This document shows positions 26,501-37,846 of a stretch of 64,000 nt of DNA, in pieces. Each line of letters opens with the position of its first letter. Positions within the stretch are counted from its first letter, which is position 1. Source of the DNA: the human T2T-CHM13v2.0 reference genome, Homo sapiens; NCBI RefSeq assembly GCF_009914755.1, contig NC_060938.1. One strand, given 5' to 3'. Below the pieces are notes generated by a model, which saw only the letters and a list, made by a program, of their open reading frames with translations, did no database searches and had not been told where the DNA came from. A program made the position numbers and the translations under genes.

Positions 26501-27993
26501 CACCTAGAGATGTTCTCTAAATTATGACTGTAGAAAGTAGGTAAGTTAAAATTGGGAATGTGTAGCTTTAGCATGCCAACACCTACATCTGCAGAATCCC
26601 CATGGTTTATGTGCGCTGTTGCCTTTGACTGGAACAACCTTCATCAGACATGTGCCCTTTTACTTTCACCTTATTCATAACTGCTCAAACATCTTCTTTC
26701 CTTCCCTTTCCATCTAATCTATACCAAGTGCACCCACCCCTCCAGCACTCTGTATCCTCTCACCCCCACTTATCTTCTTAGAACTTATCACGAAATGAAA
26801 TTACAGTACCTGTACTTGTTTACTGTCTTTCTGCCCTACTAGAATTCCACAGAAAATTAATCTAATTTGTCATTATATCTATTGTGCCTAGAACAGTGCC
26901 TGCCACCCAGTGGGCATTCCCTAAGTATTTGCTAAATTACTAAGTTACAATTAAAAACACACATTACTCATACATAGTGGAATTCTGATATTAATTTCCA
27001 CTTCCTTTTAACTAAGAAATGGGGCAAATAACTGGAAATAAATCTTTTCTACTGCAGTCTGAATTTTACTTCCATAAAATAAAACACATACAAATAATTT
27101 TTTAAAATTAGGATATAATATCAGAAACCACTGCATTGGCTAATGGCATAAGCAGCGAAATCTTGGCTCAACCAAACAGTCAACAAAGAAGGAGTGTAGG
27201 CCAGGTGTCCCCACCTAGGCTATGCTATCTTCTTACTTCCTTCTTCTGGCAGGAAAGGAGATGTCAGGCTGTAGGAAAGTAGTAGCACGGGCTACTTCCT
27301 CAAGGACTAAGTAAAGTAGCATTCCATGCTGTGGGCAAAAGGAGACAGGGGCAGGGCCAGGTGCTGGTGAGGAGAGGCAGTCCACTCTCAAGAGGGGACA
27401 GTGAGGTGAGGATCCAGGACCTCTTTCCGGACCACTCCTGGTAGTTCTGAGTTCCAGTCTGACAGCTCACAGACACAGCCCCCCATTTTGCCTCCAGCAG
27501 GAGAAGACAAGGAGATGGAGAGACTGTCAACCTAGAACCAGTAATGACCAGTTCCAACTTAATTACAGAAAGGGAGAAAAGATCAATCATTTAAGTTGCT
27601 TCATCGTCTAAATAAAAGTGTTTTGGCTGTTGAAACATGAACCTAGACTCCTGCCTCAACATATTTAAAATGAGAACAAAGTGGCAGTATCATGGTGGTG
27701 GGCGTTTAGATGCTTACATTGTTTTCATCTACAAAACAGGCTTTCCTTTCACACCCTAGCTCTTTGCTGGGCTGGTGGAGCTGATTGACAGATATAGCCC
27801 GCTCCAAAGGAACAGCCCTTTCTCAAGGAATGAATGATTTGCTCTAAGTATTTAAATCCTCTGCTCAAAATCAAACATAAATTGAAGTATCAAAATAAAC
27901 AAAAATATGGTTTGTGGTTTTGAAAGCATTTCTTTGTGATTTTTGCTAAAAAGAGAAATGCCAAAAAAATTTTTTTAAAGATTTTGAGACAAT

Positions 27994-28296
27994 TATCTGG
28001 CGCAGTGGCTCACGCCTGTAATCCCAGCACTTTGGGAGGCTGAGGCAGGCAGATCATGAGGTCAGGAGATCAAGACCATCCTGGCCAACATGTTGAAACC
28101 CCATCTCTACTAAAAATATAAAAATTAGCTGGGCATGATGGGCGCCTGTAATCCCAGCTACTCAGGAGGCAGAGGCAAGATAATCACTTGAATCCAGGAG
28201 GTGGGGGTTGCAATGAGCCAAGATCATGCCACTGCACTCCAACCTGGGCAACAGAGTAAGATTCGTTCTCAAAAAAAAAAAAAAAAAGAAAAGAAA
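27994..28296 (+). mobile_element. AluS (Sc-like)
   Basis: Dimeric Alu; TSD AAAGATTT(T/C)GAGACAAT. Confidence 0.95.
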
Positions 28297-30225
28297 AAAG
28301 ATTTCGAGACAATAGTTTTAAACTAATGCATCCATCTTAAAATCCTTAACTAACAGACTTTATTACAGAAAAATGTATTACTGATAAGGACTATTCAAAA
28401 TAATACAGATAACATGAATGTGCTCCTGTTCTGCTTTTATGTTTCCATTATTTGTAATGAATACTTTCCTGTATGTGCTGAATTCTTGTTTTTAGAAATA
28501 TTATTTTGTAGTAGAGAAAACATAGGGAAGAATAGGAGTTGTTACACCATATGGGTCTTTGCTAAAAGCACAAAAAAAGACTCTGTCATGCTGTTCACAG
28601 AAGAGGCAATAGGAAAATCAGTGGGCCAGGGTGAGTTTGCTGAGGTTGGTGATGAACTAAACCACAGGCTACCAAGGCTGCTGTGATTGGGTATTCCTGA
28701 GAAATGAAGTCCAGGATTGTTTCTTAGCCCTATAGCCACATTTGTGCTCTGGTAACTTTCTCGTTAGACTGACATCATGTTAACTGCTTAGTGGCAGATA
28801 GTCCTTAAGTGACACAACCTTTGCTGTAGGCCATATTGCTGAGTGGTGTTAGCCCCTTATACTCAATTTGGTCCCATCTGTCCAGACAGGTGTTTGTAAA
28901 CCTGACACTGATTCTGCTGCTGCAGACAATGTTCCAGGAAGTGTACCCTTTAATCCCTGGCTCCAGCCAGCCCTTTATCATTGGTATGAATTAGAGATGC
29001 TCATTTAAGGATCAACACAGGCTCTGATTGGAAAAACCACATTAGTAATGATTTTGACATAAGCAGAAGTTGAGGTGCTGATAATTACTATTCCACCAAA
29101 CGAACTGAGGCTCAAAACTGCTATTAAAAGGAAATGATCTTCCATGTATGATGACTTTCACACTGCATGACACTATTAAATAACCATCATTAGCTACTAA
29201 TGCATGTACTACCCATTTTCCAGAGCCCTTTCTCTGCTGAGAAATTTAAGACCAAGAATGATCAATGAATGAGTCATCAGTATGACAATTGTTGATATAG
29301 GACATGCAAATTGAAATTATTTAGAATAATTTAAGTGTATAAGGAATTAATACACATGATGATATTCCTCAGCTAGTAAAGCTCTACTTGTAAGGAGCTC
29401 ACAGTTTATTTCTTTGCATCTACATTTTATAATCTAGAAAAGAGGAAAGTACTATCCATGGGATGCCTTGACAAAATAAAACAAGGTGATTTGGGGCAAT
29501 TTTGTAGGTACTGCACTAGATGCTGGGGATAGAAAAATAAATAAAATGCAAGCCCCTGGTCTCCACAAGCTTACAAATTTATAAGAGGGTACAGACAAGT
29601 ACACAAAAAGCCACAGTACAGTGTGATAAATATAATAATCAAAGTGTGCACCTGGTACATGATAGCACAGGAGAGTATAGCTTGTAGGAGAAAGTTACAG
29701 TGAGGGAAGAAAATCAGTCTGCTTAAGAATCTGCAACTTCCTAAATTGGAACATTTCATTTTCCCCTTTCTGGAAAACATCTCCTTCTTTTCTATCTATA
29801 AATGTTCATATCACAGAGGCATAGGAAAGATGGTAACCAAAGAGGGCTGGAGGACAGGTAACTTGTAGGGAGAAAACAAGCTCTTCCTAATCTTTTCAAG
29901 GTTTTAGACATGTGAACCTAAAAAGTTTTTAACAAGACAAGAAGATTGTTGAGTCCTGACTATTCACTGGCTGCGTTTTTTGCAAATTAAAGTGATCTCA
30001 TGCCCATATCAGTTTTCCTTTTTCTTTGGAAATATTTACATTAAATTGAGATCTGAGGGGAAGATAGCGCTCTAACTGGGATCCTGCTTTTAATATAATT
30101 TGAAAATAGCTGCAACCCCAATCCACCTTCCTGGTGGCCCAGAAATGCCACCCTTTTTGTTTGTTTGTTTGTTTTTGTTGTTCATAGATTAGTTCACAAA
30201 TACAATAATTAGAAATACATGACTG

Positions 30226-30536
<311 letters not shown>

Positions 30537-30623
30537 TTAAAAATAAACACATAACTGAAAAGATTTAATAATGCTGCATAGCTTATATCCATCTCAATCC
30601 CTCTCTTTGTCTTTCTCTCATGC

Positions 30624-31368
30624 TTTTTAAAATTGAAGTAAAACTCCCATAATATAAAATTTATAATTTTAGTCATTTTTGAAGTGTACAATTCAGGGAT
30701 TTTTAGCATATTCACAATGTTATGCAATCATCACCACTATCTAATTCCAGAACATTTTCACCACTCAAAAAAGAAAGCTCATACCCATTAAGCAGTCCTT
30801 CCTCTTTCCCCTCTGCCCCCAGCCCCTGGCAACCACTAACGTACCTTGTCTGTATGTATTGCCTGCCCTGGGCATGTCATATAAATGGAATCATGCCACA
30901 CGTGGCCTTTTGTGTCTGGCTTCTTTCCCTTTGCATAGTGTTTTCAAGCTTCGTCTACGCTGAAGCAGGTATTAGTACTTCATTTCTTTTTATGGTTGAA
31001 TACTATTCCATTGTATGGATATACCACAATTTATTAATTCAGCAATTGATGGATATTTGGATTGTTTCTAATTTTTGGCTATTATGAATAGTGCTGCTAT
31101 GAATGTTCATGCACAAGTTTTTGATTAAACACCTGTTTTCAATTTTGAGGAGTAAATAGAAGTGGAATTGCTGGCTCATATGGTCATTCTTTTAAACTTT
31201 TAAACTTTTTAAGCAATTGCCAAAATTTTTTTCTGAAGTTGCTGCATCATTTTTTATTCCCACCAGCAATGTATGAGTGTTCTAATTTCTCCACATTCTC
31301 ACTAACGTTTATTTTTTGTTTTTAAAAATGTTCTTATAGCCATCCTAGTGGGTGAAAAGTGGCATCTC
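30624..31368 (-). mobile_element. L1MB-like 3' end
   Basis: Reverse L1M 3' UTR/ORF2 end (tattccattgtatggatataccacaattt; cccaccagcaatgtatgag). Confidence 0.8.
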
Positions 31369-32697
31369 AAAAAAATAAAAATAAAAGGCATTCTCACGTC
31401 AGGTCTTAAGTTTTCTTCTTTTGTATATGAGGCCACAAAATTGAGAGAAATTTTCCCTAAGATGAGCTGAAAGTGAATTTAATGAAATTCTGAACAACAG
31501 AGCTGTTTTTCACTGACTCCCATCACACACTTCCCAAAGAGCAACCATGATCAAAGCCAAGGCATCTAAATAATGACTGTTGAAATCCAAGCTCCCAGAG
31601 GTACAGATAGTCAGGTGTCTTTAGTCAGTGATTGGCAGAGGCATCTAAGGCATTATATGAGGCTTGGCTAGTAAAATGCTCTTCTGGGATTCTGGGACAA
31701 TACCCACTCTCTTTTCTTTTAACTTAATGAACATTTATTTTCTCTCCATATGTGCTGTATTTGTAAAGGAAAAATAAATATAACTAAACACCAATTGTAC
31801 ATTCCACTTTAAAGAAGGCAATTTGTTCAGGTAAAATAATGGGTTAAAACAGTTTCAGCCGTATGAAATTTCAAATTCCATCCTAGCACATTCCTCATTA
31901 ATAATTGCACACATTCCTATGAAAGTCTGTCATTTATTTTAGTCTTTGATTGCTATCATCAACACACTACAGAAGTTATTCTTTCCTGTTCAAGACAATT
32001 AGTTTTGGGAACTAAAACACATGCAGTATATGTAAGTGATTACCTGGATAAAGCAACAGGGCATTAGGAAATATACTTTTTTGTTTTTAATTTCTGCATC
32101 CATTTCTTCATTCTGGACCGGTACAGATAGCCTCCATGAGGAGTTTAGCCTCTCCTTGGAGTAAACTCTACTGAGAGGAGGAAAACTGAGACTTACAGTA
32201 CAGCGGGCACAGCCTGGTTGAGGAGAAGGAGAAACTAAGGAAAAACTGGAGACAGCAAAGCTTGAAGGAGGCAGAGCACTAAGCTGCTGCGGGTCACTCT
32301 TCCTGTGAACAGGCTAGTTTCAAATAAAGGCTTGCAGGGATCTTACCGAGCAAAGCAACGTTTATGAAAAGGAACAGGGAAGTTGCATGGAGTGTGATTC
32401 TTCCTTCCACAGGAACAGTTGGAAAGCCAAAGAGACCCTAGAGTAAGAATGGTGGTAAGTCCCAGGGTTCGTTTAAAATCCTGATAACGGAACATACATT
32501 CTTTCTTACGGGAAAACCGTTTTGATTCTTAAATGAAGTCAGTGAGCTTCAGGCTTGCCTACATTGATATCTCCTAATGGTTTGGGCACGTGACCCAGAG
32601 CCAGCTCACAAATCAAGCCTCAGAAAGAGCTGACATCCTAGCTCTTCCCGGAAAAACTCGAATGTCGCCCTGCCGTTCCTGGGGTTGGTGACAGGTC

Positions 32698-32803
32698 TGG
32701 TCATCGCACGGCGGCAGCTCCTCACCTGGATTTAGAAGAGCTGGCGTCCCCGCCCGCCCAAGCCTTTAAACTCTCGTCTGCCAGAACCCGCCAACTCTCC
32801 AGG
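32698..32803 (+). other. SSTR1: SSTR1 non-coding exon 1 (TSS approximate)
   Basis: Donor AGG|GTACAA at 32803/32804; agrees with my recollection of the mRNA junction. Confidence 0.6.
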
Positions 32804-33141
32804 GTACAAAGTACAGCAGGGACGCGGGTGGAGCCCTTCCAAGCGGCGCAGCCTTATCTTTCCCGAGTGAACACCTAGGTGGATTCCCAACACCGCGCCT
32901 GGCACGTTTCTGGAGGGAGTCTCAAGCTCCTCCAGAGCTCCCAGCTGCGCGTCCTCGTTTCTGCAGTCGATATTCCTGTGGGAGACACGGGGGGCTCTGA
33001 GCGCTACGAGCTTTATTAAGAGATTTGCGAATGGTTCACTCAGGTCCCTGAACACTCCCAATAGCCTAAGCTGCCTGCTGTGTTATAGCGCAGAAGCCCC
33101 TAACGCACGGTGGTTGTCCTTTCTTCTCATAACGCTCGCAG

Positions 33142-33308
33142 CTTAGGGCCAGTTTCCGCGATTCTAAGAGTAATTGCGTGGGCACCTGTGCTGGGGCCAG
33201 GCGCAAAGAAGGGAGTTGGTCTGCGCGAAGATCGTCAACCTGCTAACAGACCGCACATGCACTTTGCACCGACCATCTACGTCTCAGTCTGGAGGTTGCG
33301 CACTTTGG
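33142..33308 (+). other. SSTR1: SSTR1 non-coding exon 2
   Basis: Pyrimidine tract plus CAG| acceptor at 33141; donor TGG|GTAAGG at 33308/33309; next acceptor CCCCTTTTTTCGTAG| at 33744. Confidence 0.7.
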
Positions 33309-34088
33309 GTAAGGAGGGCCCGGAACTTCCCTGGCGGGTCTGAGCTGCAAGGCAAGCGAGGGTGGGAAGAGGGAATTTAGGGTTCTGGACTGCGGGACGG
33401 GAGAGAAGCTGGGGTCTCCAGAGAAAAGGGCAGCAATGGAGGGAAACTGAGATGAACTCCAGACATCCATGTTCATGGATCCGTTTGAGTCTTTGCTTTG
33501 GGTAGGAGAGGAGTGGAATGAGACAGAATCTATACCTTTGGTTCCCACCCGCCCTCCAGTAAGGCCGAGGAACTCTCTTGGTTCCTCTGAGAGCAAGAGG
33601 CAGATGGTGCTGCGAGGGAACCCCGGAAGGAGCCACTAAAGTTGAGCAGAGTGCAGGACTGGGAAGGAAAAAAATGGGGGGCGGGGGGGACAAGCCACCT
33701 ATGTGCTCTCCTCCCTTTCTCCACCCCACCCCCTTTTTTCGTAGCTGCTGACGCGCTGGTGGTGCCTATTAATCATTTACCAGTCCAGAGCCGCGCCAGT
33801 TAATGGCTGTGCCGTGCGGTGCTCCCACATCCTGGCCTCTCCTCTCCACGGTCGCCTGTGCCCGGGCACCCCGGAGCTGCAAACTGCAGAGCCCAGGCAA
33901 CCGCTGGGCTGTGCGCCCCGCCGGCGCCGGTAGGAGCCGCGCTCCCCGCAGCGGTTGCGCTCTACCCGGAGGCGCTGGGCGGCTGTGGGCTGCAGGCAAG
34001 CGGTCGGGTGGGGAGGGAGGGCGCAGGCGGCGGGTGCGCGAGGAGAAAGCCCCAGCCCTGGCAGCCCCACTGGCCCCCCTCAGCTGGG

Positions 34089-35264
34089 ATGTTCCCCAAT
34101 GGCACCGCCTCCTCTCCTTCCTCCTCTCCTAGCCCCAGCCCGGGCAGCTGCGGCGAAGGCGGCGGCAGCAGGGGCCCCGGGGCCGGCGCTGCGGACGGCA
34201 TGGAGGAGCCAGGGCGAAATGCGTCCCAGAACGGGACCTTGAGCGAGGGCCAGGGCAGCGCCATCCTGATCTCTTTCATCTACTCCGTGGTGTGCCTGGT
34301 GGGGCTGTGTGGGAACTCTATGGTCATCTACGTGATCCTGCGCTATGCCAAGATGAAGACGGCCACCAACATCTACATCCTAAATCTGGCCATTGCTGAT
34401 GAGCTGCTCATGCTCAGCGTGCCCTTCCTAGTCACCTCCACGTTGTTGCGCCACTGGCCCTTCGGTGCGCTGCTCTGCCGCCTCGTGCTCAGCGTGGACG
34501 CGGTCAACATGTTCACCAGCATCTACTGTCTGACTGTGCTCAGCGTGGACCGCTACGTGGCCGTGGTGCATCCCATCAAGGCGGCCCGCTACCGCCGGCC
34601 CACCGTGGCCAAGGTAGTAAACCTGGGCGTGTGGGTGCTATCGCTGCTCGTCATCCTGCCCATCGTGGTCTTCTCTCGCACCGCGGCCAACAGCGACGGC
34701 ACGGTGGCTTGCAACATGCTCATGCCAGAGCCCGCTCAACGCTGGCTGGTGGGCTTCGTGTTGTACACATTTCTCATGGGCTTCCTGCTGCCCGTGGGGG
34801 CTATCTGCCTGTGCTACGTGCTCATCATTGCTAAGATGCGCATGGTGGCCCTCAAGGCCGGCTGGCAGCAGCGCAAGCGCTCGGAGCGCAAGATCACCTT
34901 AATGGTGATGATGGTGGTGATGGTGTTTGTCATCTGCTGGATGCCTTTCTACGTGGTGCAGCTGGTTAACGTGTTTGCTGAGCAGGACGACACCACGGTG
35001 AGTCAGCTGTCGGTCATCCTCGGCTATGCCAACAGCTGCGCCAACCCCATCCTCTATGGCTTTCTCTCAGACAACTTCAAGCGCTCTTTCCAACGCATCC
35101 TATGCCTCAGCTGGATGGACAACGCCGCGGAGGAGCCGGTTGACTATTACGCCACCGCGCTCAAGAGCCGTGCCTACAGTGTGGAAGACTTCCAACCTGA
35201 GAACCTGGAGTCCGGCGGCGTCTTCCGTAATGGCACCTGCACGTCCCGGATCACGACGCTCTGA
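34089..35264 (+). CDS. SSTR1: Somatostatin receptor type 1, 391-aa class A GPCR, intronless CDS
   Basis: [12 protein letters not shown]... N-terminus, seven hydrophobic segments, GN, LAIAD, DRY, CWMP, SSTR signature [12 protein letters not shown]-terminal ITTL PDZ ligand; real ATG is at 34089 (track start at 33819 is a GTG). Confidence 0.99.
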   Translation: MFPNGTASSPSSSPSPSPGSCGEGGGSRGPGAGAADGMEEPGRNASQNGTLSEGQGSAILISFIYSVVCLVGLCGNSMVIYVILRYAKMKTATNIYILNLAIADELLMLSVPFLVTSTLLRHWPFGALLCRLVLSVDAVNMFTSIYCLTVLSVDRYVAVVHPIKAARYRRPTVAKVVNLGVWVLSLLVILPIVVFSRTAANSDGTVACNMLMPEPAQRWLVGFVLYTFLMGFLLPVGAICLCYVLIIAKMRMVALKAGWQQRKRSERKITLMVMMVVMVFVICWMPFYVVQLVNVFAEQDDTTVSQLSVILGYANSCANPILYGFLSDNFKRSFQRILCLSWMDNAAEEPVDYYATALKSRAYSVEDFQPENLESGGVFRNGTCTSRITTL

Positions 35265-35315
35265 GCCCGGGCCACGCAGGGGCTCTGAGCCCGGGCCACG
35301 CAGGGGCCCTGAGCC
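35259..35315 (+). repeat. 24-bp tandem repeat across the SSTR1 stop codon
   Basis: CTCTGAGCCCGGGCCACGCAGGGG x2 plus a partial CCCTGAGCC. Confidence 0.95.
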
Positions 35316-37738
35316 AAAAGAGGGGGAGAATGAGAAGGGAAGGCCGGGTGCGAAAGGGACGGTATCCAGGGCGCCAGGGTGCTGTCGGGATAACGTGGGG
35401 CTAGGACACTGACAGCCTTTGATGGAGGAACCCAAGAAAGGCGCGCGACAATGGTAGAAGTGAGAGCTTTGCTTATAAACTGGGAAGGCTTTCAGGCTAC
35501 CTTTTTCTGGGTCTCCCACTTTCTGTTCCTTCCTCCACTGCGCTTACTCCTCTGACCCTCCTTCTATTTTCCCCACCCTGCAACTTCTATCCTTTCTTCC
35601 GCACCGTCCCGCCAGTGCAGATCACGAACTCATTAACAACTCATTCTGATCCTCAGCCCCTCCAGTCGTTATTTCTGTTTGTTTAAGCTGAGCCACGGAT
35701 ACCGCCACGGGTTTCCCTCGGCGTTAGTCCCTAGCCGCGCGGGGCCGCTGTCCAGGTTCTGTCTGGTGCCCCTACTGGAGTCCCGGGAATGACCGCTCTC
35801 CCTTTGCGCAGCCCTACCTTAAGGAAAGTTGGACTTGAGAAAGATCTAAGCAGCTGGTCTTTTCTCCTACTCTTGGGTGAAGGTGCATCTTTCCCTGCCC
35901 TCCCCTGTCCCCCTCTCGCCGCCCGCCCGCCACCACCACTCTCACTCCACCCAGAGTAGAGCCAGGTGCTTAGTAAAATAGGTCCCGCGCTTCGAACTCC
36001 AGGCTTTCTGGAGTTCCCACCCAAGCCCTCCTTTGGAGCAAAGAAGGAGCTGAGAACAAGCCGAATGAGGAGTTTTTATAAGATTGCGGGGTCGGAGTGT
36101 GGGCGCGTAATAGGAATCACCCTCCTACTGCGCGTTTTCAAAGACCAAGCGCTGGGCGCTCCCGGGCCGCGCGTCTGCGTTAGGCAGGGCAGGGTAGTGC
36201 AGGGCACACCTTCCCCGGGGTTCGGGGTTCGGGGTTCGGTTGCAGGGCTGCAGCCCGCCTTGGCTTTCTCCCTCACCCAAGTTTCCGGAGGAGCCGACCT
36301 AAAAGTAACAATAGATAAGGTTTCCTGCTCCAGTGTATCTCAAAAGACCGGGCGCCAGGGGCGGGGGACCTAGGGCGACGTCTTCAGAGTCCGCCAGTGT
36401 TGGCGGTGTCGCCGCAACCTGCAGGCTCCCGAGTGGGGCCTGCCTGGTCTCTAGAGGGTTGCTGCCTTTCAAGCGGTGCCTAAGAAGTTATTTTCTTGTT
36501 TAACATATATATTTATTAATTTATTTGTCGTGTTGGAAAATGTGTCTCTGCTTTCCTTTTCTCTGCTTGCCTAGCCCCAGGTCTTTTCTTTGGGACCCTG
36601 GGGGCGGGCATGGAAGTGGAAGTAGGGGCAAGCTCTTGCCCCACTCCCTGGCCATCTCAACGCCTCTCCTCAATGCTGGGCCCTCTTATCTCATCCTTTC
36701 CTCTAGCTTTTCTATTTTTCATTGTGTTGAGTGAAGTTTGGAGATTTTTCATACTTTTCTTACTATAGTCTCTTGTTTGTCTTATTAGGATAATACATAA
36801 ATGATAATGTGGGTTATCCTCCTCTCCATGCACAGTGGAAAGTCCTGAACTCCTGGCTTTCCAGGAGACATATATAGGGGAACATCACCCTATATATAAT
36901 TTGAGTGTATATATATTTATATATATGATGTGGACATATGTATACTTATCTTGCTCCATTGTCATGAGTCCATGAGTCTAAGTATAGCCACTGATGGTGA
37001 CAGGTGTGAGTCTGGCTGGAACACTTTCAGTTTCAGGAGTGCAAGCAGCACTCAAACCTGGAGCTGAGGAATCTAATTCAGACAGAGACTTTAATCACTG
37101 CTGAAGATGCCCCTGCTCCCTCTGGGTTCCAGCAGAGGTGATTCTTACATATGATCCAGTTAACATCATCACTTTTTTTGAGGACATTGAAAGTGAAATA
37201 ATTTGTGTCTGTGTTTAATATTACCAACTACATTGGAAGCCTGAGCAGGGCGAGGACCAATAATTTTAATTATTTATATTTCCTGTATTGCTTTAGTATG
37301 CTGGCTTGTACATAGTAGGCACTAAATACATGTTTGTTGGTTGATTGTTTAAGCCAGAGTGTATTACAACAATCTGGAGATACTAAATCTGGGGTTCTCA
37401 GGTTCACTCATTGACATGATATACAATGGTTAAAATCACTATTGAAAAATACGTTTTGTGTATATTTGCTTCAACAACTTTGTGCTTTCCTGAAAGCAGT
37501 AACCAAGAGTTAAGATATCCCTAATGTTTTGCTTAAACTAATGAACAAATATGCTTTGGGTCATAAATCAGAAAGTTTAGATCTGTCCCTTAATAAAAAT
37601 ATATATTACTACTCCTTTGGAAAATAGATTTTTAATGGTTAAGAACTGTGAAATTTACAAATCAAAATCTTAATCATTATCCTTCTAAGAGGATACAAAT
37701 TTAGTGCTCTTAACTTGTTACCATTGTAATATTAACTA

Positions 37739-37744
37739 AATAAA
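37739..37744 (+). terminator. SSTR1: Likely SSTR1 polyadenylation signal
   Basis: AATAAA followed ~25 nt later by GT/T-rich GTTGTTTTTG; a second AATAAA at 37592-37597. Confidence 0.7.
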
Positions 37745-37810
37745 CAGATGTATTATGCTGTTGCAAGTTGTTTTTGCTATTTGAATTTTATTGTTTCAAT
37801 GGATTACTTG

Positions 37811-37813
<3 letters not shown>

Positions 37814-37843
<30 letters not shown>
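37814..37843. repeat. (AC)n microsatellite
   Basis: ~15 perfect units. Confidence 0.97.

Positions 37844-37846
<3 letters not shown>

Larger units (their letters stand above)
32660..36480. promoter_or_regulatory. CpG island over the SSTR1 promoter, CDS and proximal 3' UTR
   Basis: Sharp rise in GC and CpG relative to the AT-rich flanks; GC box CCCCGCCC near 32747. Confidence 0.9.

Noticed and set aside
33819-34088. 481-aa version of SSTR1 in the ORF track
   Set aside because: It starts at GTG. The canonical ATG at 34089 gives the known 391-aa protein; the extension is kept only as a hypothesis.
36217-36240. (GGGGTTC)3 in the 3' UTR as a G-quadruplex
   Set aside because: Only three full G-tracts plus GG, and the upstream CCCC can pair with them; weak candidate.
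32732-36373. Many antisense and alternate-frame ORFs around SSTR1
   Set aside because: Expected from stop-codon scarcity in a GC-rich island; no recognisable domains.
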